A stretch of DNA of 64,000 nt from an uncultured Gammaproteobacteria bacterium (lineage in GTDB: Bacteria > Pseudomonadota > Gammaproteobacteria > Chromatiales > Chromatiaceae), in contig CAVTDM010000020.1 of assembly GCA_963733415.1 (NCBI GenBank), positions 17,852 to 81,851 on the forward strand, written 5' to 3'. Both the position numbers and the translations under genes were made by a program. Shown here piece after piece: positions 55,222 to 64,000 of the stretch; within the stretch, counting starts at the first letter, position 1, and each line of letters opens with the position of its first letter. The notes beneath the pieces are model-generated. The model did not search any database. It was not told the origin of the DNA and saw only the letters and a list, made by a program, of their open reading frames with translations.

Positions 55222-56073
55222 ATGGCCATCATCAATGCCCATGTGCACCTGATCGACCTCCAGACCGTGCTCGCCGAGAGCGGGGCCGGGTTCATCGACT
55301 ACCTGAAGCAGATTCCGGCCTTCGCCGATGCCGAACGGGTGCTGCCCACGCTGTCAGAGGACGAGTTGCTGCGTCAGATGGACGAGGCCGGCATCGAGCG
55401 CTCGATCCTGTTTGCCCTTTACTGCCCGGTCCTCAAGGCCTCCAACGAGTTCGTGCGCGATGCCTGTCAGCGTCACCCGGATCGCTTCTGGGGCTACGCC
55501 TCGGTGGACCCCCACGACGAACGCGCCCCCGAGGTTCTGGAGGCGGCCATCACCCAGTACGGTCTCAAGGGCCTGAAGCTGCATCCGCCACTGCAAAACA
55601 TCTACCCCAATGACCGCAAGCTCTGGCCTCTCTATCAGAAGGCCGAGGACTTGGGTATCCCGGTGGTCCTGCACGTTGGCTGCACACCCTTTGGTCACCT
55701 GGTCCGGCTGGATCAGGCCCAGCCCATCCTGGTGGATGAGGTCGCCATTGCGTTCCCGCGGCTCAAGATCGTCCTTCCCCACCTGGGCACGCTCTGGCAC
55801 CAGGAGAGCTTCATGCTGGTGGAGAAGCACCCAAACGTCTATGTCGACATGGCGGCCTACCCCTACGAACTGCGCGAACTGGTGAATGCCAAGATCGTCG
55901 AGCGCATCGGCGCCCACAAGTGGCTGTTCGGCACGGACTTCCCGATGCCCTACGAGGGTCAAACCCACCGTATGGCGGACTTCGTTGAAGTGGTGGAGGC
56001 CCTACCTCTCACCGCGGAGGTCAAACAGGGCATGTTCTCGAACAACCTGATACGGCTGCTGGCTAGCTCCTGA
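55222..56073 (+). CDS. amidohydrolase_2-family metal-dependent hydrolase/decarboxylase
   Basis: NAHVH, GLKLHP, PVVLHVG, VLPHLG, NVYVD, LFGTDFP. Confidence 0.9.
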   Translation: MAIINAHVHLIDLQTVLAESGAGFIDYLKQIPAFADAERVLPTLSEDELLRQMDEAGIERSILFALYCPVLKASNEFVRDACQRHPDRFWGYASVDPHDERAPEVLEAAITQYGLKGLKLHPPLQNIYPNDRKLWPLYQKAEDLGIPVVLHVGCTPFGHLVRLDQAQPILVDEVAIAFPRLKIVLPHLGTLWHQESFMLVEKHPNVYVDMAAYPYELRELVNAKIVERIGAHKWLFGTDFPMPYEGQTHRMADFVEVVEALPLTAEVKQGMFSNNLIRLLASS

Positions 56074-56087
56074 GTGGAACTCCAACG

Positions 56088-57444
56088 ATGACAGATGTAA
56101 CTCCATCCGGCTTTGATCTGGAAGGTGCAGTCCTCAGCGCTTTCCAGGCCGCTCGGCAGGCCCCGCACTATGCCGGGATCCTGGATCGGGCTGGCCTGAA
56201 TCCGGACCAGGTCCAGTCCCTTGAGAGCTTCGTGGGCCTAGTGCCGCTGCTGCGCAAGGAACAGTTATTTAATGCCGAGGTGCCCTTTGAGCGGCTGTGC
56301 AGGGGTGGACGCCTCGGTTCCGTCCGCTCGGTGATGGTGAGTTCTGGTTACAGTGGTAATAACTCCTATGCGATCGCCGACGCGGAGGAGCTTGACGCCA
56401 CCGCTGGCGGAATTGACGCCGCCCTCGACCTCTTCTTCGGCACCGATCGTACACCCACGCTGCTGATCAACGCCTTTCCGATGGGGATCCACCTGCCGAC
56501 CCGGCATGCCTTGGCCGAGACCGGCCCGCGCAGCGATCTGGTGCTCAAGATCCTGCAGCGTTTCGGACCCTGTTTCGAACAGACCGTGATCCTCGCCGAC
56601 CCGCATTTTCTGAAGAAAATCGTCGACGAGGGCAATGAGGCGGACCTGGACTGGCAGGCGCGCAACGTCAGCTTCGTAGCCGGCGAGGACTGGTTGCCCC
56701 AGACCTTGCGCGCCTACATCTACGCCCAGACCGGCATCGACGATGACGGCCCGCGCGTGTTGGTCGGCACCATGGGACTCACAGAACTGGGGTTGAACAT
56801 CTTCTTCGAAACCCGCGAGACCATTCGGTTGCGTCGCCTCGCCGCCGCCTCGCCAAGCCTGCGCGCGGCCCTGTTTCCAGGCGTGGGCGCGGCGGTTCCC
56901 AGTCTTTTCCACTACGACCCAACCCGCTTTTTCATCGAGAGTATCGCGCATCCCGAGGGGCGGGAACTGGTCTTCACCTGCCTTTCGCCCTTACGACGGG
57001 TGCCGATGATCCGCTACGCCGCGGGCGACTTGGGAGATGTCCTGATACCCGCCGCAATTGGCGCGGGTATTGGCGGCCCAGGGCCATCCGGAGCTTCAGC
57101 CGCTGATGCCCCTGCCTTGTGGCTGGGTGGCCGGGCGGGAGCGCGGCATACGGACCAGCGCGGGCATGCTGCGCATGGAGGACCTGCGCCACGGCCTCTA
57201 CAGCGACGCCGCGGTTGCCTGGGCCGTCACAGGTCATTTTACAGTTCACACGAGCGAGGGCGTCGACCAGGTCGCGGTCCAACTGCGGCGTGGCATAGCA
57301 GCCACGGAGGCGCTACGGAAGGCCACGGAGCAGGCCCTGTTTTCGGTGGTCGATCAGCCCCTCACGACAGCGCTGTACGGCTACGAGGCGTATCCGTTCG
57401 GCAAGGATTTGAACTACGAGAGCAAGTTTCGTCACTGTCTGTAA
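56088..57444 (+). CDS. phenylacetate--CoA ligase-like (PaaK/ANL) protein (apparent frameshift near 57050)
   Basis: VPLLRK, SSGYSG, AGE, GLTELG, PMIRYAAGDLG; second frame VAGR...YESKFRH. Confidence 0.8.
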
Positions 57445-57602
57445 TCGTGGGGCGTGGCACGCGCGTAGTTCATCCCCGATCGCAGTGTCCGTCCACGCGT
57501 CGGGCCTGATCTCATGGTGTCGGTGGCGGGACGCTGGACGCTGGTTTTACTGGCTGGGTTGCACCCTGATCTCAAACCTCGAAAATGGCGACGCGCAGGT
57601 TA

Positions 57603-58415
57603 ATGAAACAAGCAGCAGGGTATCCGCCACCGGTCTATACACGGTACTTCGAGTTTTTCCGAGTCGATGGCGATGACCTCTTGGATACCGCCTACCAGAT
57701 TCGCTACCAGGTCTATTGTGAGGAACGCGGCTTTCTTGACCCCAGCCAGTTTCCGAGTCGGATCGAGACCGACCGGTACGACGACACGTCCGTACACTTC
57801 GTCGGCAGACATCGTTTCCGCCACCTCGCCGCGGGCACGGTTCGGCTGGTCCTGGCCTCGAACCGCGGATTTCCGTTATTGGAACATTGTGAATTCGAAC
57901 GGGAGTTCGCGTACATCCGGGACATGGGGCAGCCGATCCTGCGGCAGTACGCGGAGATCTCGCGCTTGGCGGTGTCGAAGATCTTTCGGCAACGCGCCGA
58001 TGATAGCTATTATGGCGGCCCACCGCGTTTAGGGGCTAGCGCTGAGGCACCGGGCTTACCGGAGGAGCCGGGTATGAACCCGCAGGAGGCGGGGCCGGAG
58101 ATCGTGGCGGGGCTCTTCAAGAGCATGTATCACGAATGCAAACGGCTGGGGGTAACCCACCTGGTCGTGGCTATGGAGCGGAGTCTCCATTTGTTGCTGC
58201 GGCGGATGGGCTATGTGTTCAAGCCGATCGGCCCATCCGTGGATTACTACGGCCCGGTCATTCCCTACCTGGCCACCATCGCAGACCTTGAACGCCATCT
58301 TTATGCCAAGCGGCGAAAAGTTTTCGACTATTGGATGGAGGGTCTGGAACCTGAGTTCGCGCCAGCCCTCGCCGGTGCTGGCGGCGACGTCCTGGGGGCC
58401 GCAGCAGCTTCCTGA
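57603..58415 (+). CDS. PEP-CTERM/exosortase-associated acyltransferase no. 4
   Basis: YQIRYQVYCEERGFL, ETDRYD, GTVRLV, AEISRLAV, AMERSL..LL.RMG..F..IG..VDYYG.V.PY. Confidence 0.9.
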   Translation: MKQAAGYPPPVYTRYFEFFRVDGDDLLDTAYQIRYQVYCEERGFLDPSQFPSRIETDRYDDTSVHFVGRHRFRHLAAGTVRLVLASNRGFPLLEHCEFEREFAYIRDMGQPILRQYAEISRLAVSKIFRQRADDSYYGGPPRLGASAEAPGLPEEPGMNPQEAGPEIVAGLFKSMYHECKRLGVTHLVVAMERSLHLLLRRMGYVFKPIGPSVDYYGPVIPYLATIADLERHLYAKRRKVFDYWMEGLEPEFAPALAGAGGDVLGAAAAS

Positions 58416-58448
58416 CGGTGAGTGGGGGCGCCGGGTCGCCCGTGACGC

Positions 58449-58943
58449 TCAGGCGTGGGACTCAAGGAAGGCGCGCAGGCCCTGTTCCTCGTCCTTGGTG
58501 AGGGAGGTCTGGATCACCTTGCCCTTCCCCTTGAACTGCTCCAGGCCCTCCAGAACCTTATCTGGTGTGGCCTTCTTCACCAGGATGAAGATCGCCGAGC
58601 AGCCGGGTTTGAAGTTCTCGGCGAGTTCCTTCATGAAGTCGTCATTAATCCCAAGGTCAGTGAAGCGCCCGGAAATGGCCCCGGCTCCGGCCCCCACCGC
58701 CGCCCCCAGCAGGGGATTCAGGAACAGCATCCCGATCAGCATGCCCCAGAAGCCGCCACTCACCGCGCCCAGGGCGGTCAGGTTCATGGCCTGGTGAAGC
58801 TTGACCTTGCCCTCCGCGTCCTTGGTGACGATGACCACATCTTCCATCTCCAATAGATACTCCTTTTGCATCTTGACGAGGGCAGCTCGCAGCTCGAAGG
58901 CCAGTTGTTCATCCGGGAAGGAGACGACGATCAGATTACTCAT
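58449..58943 (-). CDS. DUF1269 family membrane protein
   Basis: GKVKLHQ, glycine zipper GGFWGMLIG...GAAVGAGAGA, DLGINDDF, VIQTSL. Confidence 0.88.
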   Translation of the reverse strand: MSNLIVVSFPDEQLAFELRAALVKMQKEYLLEMEDVVIVTKDAEGKVKLHQAMNLTALGAVSGGFWGMLIGMLFLNPLLGAAVGAGAGAISGRFTDLGINDDFMKELAENFKPGCSAIFILVKKATPDKVLEGLEQFKGKGKVIQTSLTKDEEQGLRAFLESHA

Positions 58944-59161
58944 GGGGTCTTGCCTCAGAATGATGGTTGGGTGTTGATGGTGAAGATCAGGGGGTGATCA
59001 GCGGATGCCGCGCCAGTTCTTTCTGGAGGGCGATCACAATATCCCGGTGTGTCGATGTTCAGTAGTACGCAGCCGCGTGAAGGCCCGGCCCGGGGCAGGA
59101 CCATGCCCACAGCACGGGCCGGTGCGGGTTCCGTTGCGGCCCGCGCGACCGAAGGAGTCCC

Positions 59162-59353
59162 CTAGGCCGACTCTGATTCCGCCTTGGCCACGGCCTCGCG
59201 CAGGGCCTGGAAGATCAGCTTGCGGGCGGCGGTCTCGTCCAATTCTGGCACGTCCCAGCCCATGATTCGGCAATACTTTTTCACCAGATGGCTCACGTCG
59301 TCGTTCAATTCGGCCCGGTAGCGGTCGATCTCAACCTGTTCGATTGGCTTCAT
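59162..59353 (-). CDS. small hypothetical protein
   Basis: GGAG RBS; helical 63-aa protein with KY.RI..WDVPE.DE. Confidence 0.7.
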   Translation of the reverse strand: MKPIEQVEIDRYRAELNDDVSHLVKKYCRIMGWDVPELDETAARKLIFQALREAVAKAESESA

Positions 59354-59370
59354 AGCGGTCTCCAGGAGTG

Positions 59371-59402
59371 AAAACGCCGCCAGACCCCTGTGCCTGGCGG
59401 CG
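59371..59402 (-). terminator. putative intrinsic terminator
   Basis: minus strand CGCCGCCAG...CTGGCGGCG-TTTT after the 59411 ORF; long loop. Confidence 0.5.
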
Positions 59403-59410
59403 GCCCGCGT

Positions 59411-59974
59411 TTACTTGACGCTGACCTTGCCGGTGATGGACCGGACATAGGTGGCGATGACGCCATCGCCGGGCTTCAGCTTGTCAAGGATCGCCTTGTC
59501 TTTGACCGACAGGGTGACCAGCTTCTCCGGGCCGCGAACGGTGACCTGAGACTTGGCCCGATCGACGGACTCCACCTTGCCGTACAGCTTGAGCCTTTCG
59601 GTGATGGTCCCGGCGGGCTTGGTGCCGGGAGCCTTGTCGACCGTGGTGTCTCCCATGGCACCCATGGCGCCCGCGTCGCGCCCGGTCTCGATGTCCACGA
59701 GCACCGCCTCGGTCTCGGTGAATTGGACCTTGTCGCCGATCTTGATCTGTTTGATGCGGCTGACTTCCTCGGGGATGTTGAAGACCTCGAAGTGACCGTC
59801 GGGTGTCTTGAGGGTCATCAAACGGGTCTCGGTGTTGATCGCCTCGACCGTGCCGGATACCTCCGTGACGGTCGCACCGCCAGCTACCGGGGTGACGGTA
59901 TCGGCGCTGGTCAGTGGGGCCAGGCCGAGCGAAAGGGCGGCAGTCAGGGCCAGGGTCAGTGTGCGTTGTCGCAT
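59411..59974 (-). CDS. hypothetical exported protein with two repeated beta-rich (OB-fold-like) domains
   Basis: signal peptide; G.VE.I/V....R/S..T.K/R.P/G repeated twice, each followed by a K.GD motif. Confidence 0.75.
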   Translation of the reverse strand: MRQRTLTLALTAALSLGLAPLTSADTVTPVAGGATVTEVSGTVEAINTETRLMTLKTPDGHFEVFNIPEEVSRIKQIKIGDKVQFTETEAVLVDIETGRDAGAMGAMGDTTVDKAPGTKPAGTITERLKLYGKVESVDRAKSQVTVRGPEKLVTLSVKDKAILDKLKPGDGVIATYVRSITGKVSVK

Positions 59975-60012
59975 TGGGAGTCCTCCGATGGAGCTGTCTT
60001 GGGGTGGGTGAA

Positions 60013-60186
60013 TCTAGAAGGAGCAGTCAGCGGTCAGCCGTCAGCCGTCAGCTATTTCAGAACCACGACTTGCGCACAGTCGTTTGGCGACGGACGCTCA
60101 CCCCGGGGATGATCCGTCAGGCGACGGTGTCCCCATCAAATACAGAGCTGAACGCTGACGGCTGATCGCTGACTGCTCTTTTCGGG
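60013..60186 (+). mobile_element. MITE family A, copy 6
   Basis: TCTAGAAGGAGCAGTCAGC...GCTGACTGCTCTTTTCGGG; perfect GTGAA direct repeat at 60008-60012 and 60187-60191. Confidence 0.88.
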
Positions 60187-60441
60187 GTGAACCTTGCAGC
60201 ACAGAACGTTACTCGGGAAACGGGGCCGCTGCAACCTGCGAATCCTGAAACGGTTCTGACCAAAATTTAACCGCTCGGAAAGGTCGCGGAAAAGCCGATC
60301 ACCCACACTTAGCGGTCAAGGCAGGACGAGCGATCCGCATCCGGTGTCAGGTCCTCGGACCGCCCGGGGCGGCTCCGTTCCGACCCTATAGACATCCTCA
60401 GAATCTTCCAAACCAAGACGCGCCGAACGATCGGCAGGACG

Positions 60442-62006
60442 ATGACTATGACCCCGAACACAGTGACTAAGGCTCGCGCCGAAACGACTCTGATGCCCTC
60501 CCGGCCGATCCTGACCCGCGGCACGATTGCGGCCGCCGTGGCCCTCGCCCTCGCCGTCGGGGGCGGCGTCGCCGCCCAGTCGGCGGCGCCCGGTTCCGCT
60601 CGGGCCGCGACCCCCGGCGCTGCCGCCGTCGTCCAGCCGGCCATGCCGGGCTTTGCCGACGTGGCCGAGCGGGTCTCCCCGGCAGTGGTGAATGTGACGG
60701 TCGTCGCCGAGTCGACTCCGGACCGGCTGCCGCGCTCCCATCCGCAGTTGCCGGAGGGTGCCCCGATGGAGGAGTTCTTCAAGCACTTCTTCGAGCAGCC
60801 CGGCATGCCCGGTGGCTCAGGACGGCCTGGGTCCGGCGCGCCGAGGGCGCCGGCTCCGGCTTTATCATCGATCCGACGGGTCTGGTGGTCACCAACAACC
60901 ATGTGGTGGAGGGTGCCACCGGGATCACCGTGACCCTGAACGACGGCAGCAAGCACAAGGCCCAGGTTATCGGCAGCGACGACAAGACCGATCTGGCCCT
61001 GCTCAAGATCGACGCCGGCCGCCCCCTGCCCCATGTGGACCTGGCCGATGCCAGCGGCACCCGGGTCGGGGACTGGGTCCTGGCGGTGGGCAATCCCTTC
61101 GGACTCGGCGGCTCGGTCAGTGCCGGAATCGTCTCGGCCCGGGGTCGGGATATCAACTCCGGCCCCTATGATGACTACATCCAGATCGACGCCCCGATCA
61201 ACCGCGGCAACTCCGGCGGCCCCCTGTTCGATGTCTACGGCCGGGTGATCGGCGTCAACACCGCCATCTATTCCCCCACGGGCGGCAACGTCGGTATCGG
61301 CTTTGCCATTCCGGCGGAGACTGTGAAGAGCGTGGTCGCGGACCTGCGCACCGGCGGCCGGGTCGAGCGGGGTTGGCTCGGGTTGCAGATCCAGCCCGTG
61401 ACCGAGGAGATTGCCGCTGCCCTGGGCCTGCCGGGGACCGAGGGCGTGCTGGTGGCCGATATCCTGCCGGACGGCCCCGCGGTCGGCTCCGGCCTTGAGC
61501 CCGGGGACGTCATCACCAAGGCCGGCGGTCAGCCGATCAAGGACTACAAGGATCTGCCAAAGCTGGTCGCCGCCACCAAGGCCGGGACCCTGATGGAGCT
61601 GGAGCTGATGCGCGCGGGCAAGCCGCTTACGCTCTCCGCCAAGGTCGGTCCCATGCCTGGCAACGAGACCCTCGCCAAGAGCGACGCGCAACCCGCGGGT
61701 GACCCGGGACAGGCGCGGCTCGGGCTCCAACTGGCCCCGCTGACGCCTGAAATCCGCCAGGAATTGGGGCTGAGCGCCGACACCACTGGGGTCTACGTGG
61801 CACGGGTGCAGCCCGGGAGCCCGGCGGAGGAGGCCGGAATCGAGGCCGGCAACCTCATCTCCATGGTTGGTGGTCAGCCCGTCAACACCCCCGCCCAGGC
61901 GTTAGAGGCGGTACGTACCGCCGCCGCGGCCAAGCGCGGCGCCGTGATGCTGCGCGTGCTGAAGGACGGCCGGCCCCTGTTCGTCGCGGTGCCGTTCTCA
62001 GCCTGA
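60442..62006 (+). CDS. Do/DegQ-family serine endopeptidase with two PDZ domains (apparent frameshift near 60840)
   Basis: FADVAERVSPAVVNV; second frame GSGFII, VTNNHV, DAPINRGNSGGPL, GWLG. Confidence 0.9.
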
Positions 62007-62123
62007 TCATTGGCGCCTGATCACCGCAGCGATGTGCCCCGGGCCGAGCCCACCCCTGCTCGACGCCCGCCTCAGCCATCTTTAGGCCATGGACGGCCCA
62101 CTGTTTCCCGTTATCATCCGCCT

Positions 62124-62798
62124 ATGCGAGTCCTCCTGATCGAAGACGACCGCCAGATGGCGGATTACCTGCGCAAGGCCTTGGGCGAGGTCGGCGCCGT
62201 GACTGACCATGCGGCCGATGGTCGCGAGGGGCTCTTGCAGGCGGCGAGCGCCGATTACGACGCCCTGATCCTGGACCGCATGCTGCCTGGCCTGGACGGA
62301 CTCGCCATCCTGCGCACCCTGCGCGCCTCCGGCAACCAGACCCCGGTGCTGATCCTCTCTGCCCTGGGCGACGTGGACGACCGGGTGGAAGGATTGCGTG
62401 CCGGCGGTGACGACTATCTGGTCAAACCCTTCGCCTTCTCCGAACTGCACGCGCGCCTGGAGGCCCTGCTGCGGCGCGGGAGCCTGGATGCCCCCGAGAC
62501 CCGGTTGCGGGTCGGCGACCTGGAGATGGACCTCCTGAAGCGGGAGGTCACCCGCGCCGGGCGCCCCATCGCGCTGCAGCCCCGGGAGTTCCGCCTGCTG
62601 GAATACCTGATGCGCCACGCCGGCCAGGTGGTCACCCGCACCATGCTCCTGGAGCAGGTCTGGGACTATCACTTCGACCCCCAGACCAACATCATCGATG
62701 TCCACATCAGTCGCCTGCGCGGCAAGATCGACCGGGAGTTCGAAACGCCCCTCCTGCACACGGTACGCGGCGCCGGTTATATGCTGCGTACCCCATGA
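62124..62798 (+). CDS. OmpR-family response regulator
   Basis: VLLIEDD, ILDRMLP, DDYLVKPF, REFRLLEYL, HTVRGAGY. Confidence 0.95.
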   Translation: MRVLLIEDDRQMADYLRKALGEVGAVTDHAADGREGLLQAASADYDALILDRMLPGLDGLAILRTLRASGNQTPVLILSALGDVDDRVEGLRAGGDDYLVKPFAFSELHARLEALLRRGSLDAPETRLRVGDLEMDLLKREVTRAGRPIALQPREFRLLEYLMRHAGQVVTRTMLLEQVWDYHFDPQTNIIDVHISRLRGKIDREFETPLLHTVRGAGYMLRTP

Positions 62799-64000
62799 CT
62801 GCCCCGGCGGCGGCGTTGACGGCGCTCCCCAGCGACACGGAACACCGACCTCGGGATCTGCGGGTGCGCACCGCCGAGGTCTTGCGCAGCTCCAGCTTCC
62901 GCCTGGCCCTGCTCTACATGCTGTTGATGTCCGTCTCGGTGGCCATCCTCCTCGGTTTCATCTACTGGTCCACCGCCGGCTTCATGGACAGCCAGACCGA
63001 CGCCACCATCGCCGCCGAGATCCAGGGGTTGGCGGAACAGTACCGGCAACGGGGCCTGCCCGGGCTCAGCAATGTGATCCGCGAGCGGATCACCCGGGAC
63101 CCGGCCGGGGCCGGGGTCTATCTGCTGGCGGACGAGGACCTCAAGCCCCTGGTTGGCAACCTGGACCGTTGGCCCGCAGGATTTCCGGATGAGGATGGCT
63201 GGATGCATTTCCGGCTGCGCGACCGCGGGCCTGACCGCGCTGAAGAGCACGCTGCCCGCGGCCAGGTCTTCCGGCTCCGCGGGGACTTGCGCCTGCTGGT
63301 GGGGCGTGACGTGCGTGACCTCGATGCCACCCGCGGGTTGATCCTGGATGCCCTGACCTGGGGATTGGCCATCACCGCCGGCCTGGCCCTGCTGGGCGGC
63401 TGGGTCATGAGTCACCGGGTCTTGCGGCGGCTGGAGGCGATCAACCAGACCAGCCGCGAGATCATGGAGGGTGACCTGGCCCGGCGCATCCCCGTGAGCG
63501 GCCGCGGTGACGACTTCGACCAGCTCGCCGCCGGCCTCAACCACATGCTGGCCCGGATCGAGTCCCTGATGGCCGGGGTCCGTCAGGTCTCGGACAATAT
63601 CGCCCATGACCTGCGTACCCCCCTGACGCGTCTGCGCAACAAGCTGGAGTTGTTGCGCGCCGAACTGGGTGAGGGGCACCCGGCGGGGTCCGCGGCGGAG
63701 GAGACCATCGCCGATGCTGAAGAACTGCTCGCCACCTTCAACGCCCTGTTGCGTATCGCCCGCATCGAGTCCGGCAGTCGGCGCGCCGCCTTCGCACCGG
63801 TCGACCTTGGGCCCCTGGTGGCCGACCTGGCAGAGCTCTATGAACCGGTGGCGGCGGAGCGCGGGCAGCGCCTGACCCTGAACGCGCCCCATCCGGCCTG
63901 GGTGATCGGCGATCGGGACCTGCTGTTTCAGGCGCTGGGGAACCTGGTCGACAATGCGGTGAAATACACCCCGGAGGGCGGGCAAGTGGACTTGAGCCTC
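62795..64000 (+). CDS. HAMP-domain sensor histidine kinase (runs off the window end)
   Basis: ATGA overlap with the regulator stop; open frame with two TM segments, HAMP, IAHDLRTPL, NLVDNAVKYTP. Confidence 0.92.
   Translation, partial: MTAPAAALTALPSDTEHRPRDLRVRTAEVLRSSSFRLALLYMLLMSVSVAILLGFIYWSTAGFMDSQTDATIAAEIQGLAEQYRQRGLPGLSNVIRERITRDPAGAGVYLLADEDLKPLVGNLDRWPAGFPDEDGWMHFRLRDRGPDRAEEHAARGQVFRLRGDLRLLVGRDVRDLDATRGLILDALTWGLAITAGLALLGGWVMSHRVLRRLEAINQTSREIMEGDLARRIPVSGRGDDFDQLAAGLNHMLARIESLMAGVRQVSDNIAHDLRTPLTRLRNKLELLRAELGEGHPAGSAAEETIADAEELLATFNALLRIARIESGSRRAAFAPVDLGPLVADLAELYEPVAAERGQRLTLNAPHPAWVIGDRDLLFQALGNLVDNAVKYTPEGGQVDLSL

Noticed and set aside
43293-58415. The four GNATs as LuxI quorum-sensing synthases
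   Set aside because: Same fold, but the motifs (RYQVYCEE, AMExxLxRLL, VDY/HxG) and context (PEP-CTERM, ThiF) fit N-acyl amino acid synthases, and no LuxR gene is in the window.
40806-60191. Composite transposon formed by MITE copies 5 and 6 around the cluster
   Set aside because: Each copy has its own target duplication, the outer flanks (TTCAC and GTGAA) are inverted rather than direct, and the two copies are quite divergent.

Overview
GC-rich gammaproteobacterial chromosome segment, most likely from a purple sulfur bacterium (Chromatiaceae; inferred from the divergent soxB / soxXAKL arrangement). About two thirds is housekeeping: tRNA-Pro(CGG), ispB, rplU-rpmA-obgE-proB, aqpZ, pcm, waaA, gyrA-serC-serA-pheA-hisC-tyrA, ribE-ribD-nrdR-glyA and ubiG. 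The window also has a sox cluster and a solute-symporter histidine kinase / receiver / CBS-DUF294 module. The most notable part is about 16 kb (42.1-58.4 kb) linked to the PEP-CTERM system. It contains a DAHP synthase, four N-acyl amino acid synthase-type (exosortase-associated GNAT) acyltransferases, two ThiF-like adenylyltransferases, a nitroreductase-fold protein, an amidohydrolase, a PaaK-like ligase, a Cys-rich small ORF, PrsT, and a PepA-like PEP-CTERM protein with a sigma-54 promoter and enhancer. This looks like an expanded, split-domain version of the N-acyl amino acid / oxazolone (OxzAB-type) chemistry coupled to surface-protein sorting. Intergenic space carries six copies of a 155-175 bp MITE (CCT...AGG-type ends; perfect 5-bp target duplications in three copies), several REP families and short-period repeat hairpins. 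Many genes have single-base frameshifts that are probably assembly errors. All calls come from reading motifs by eye; no database searches were run.
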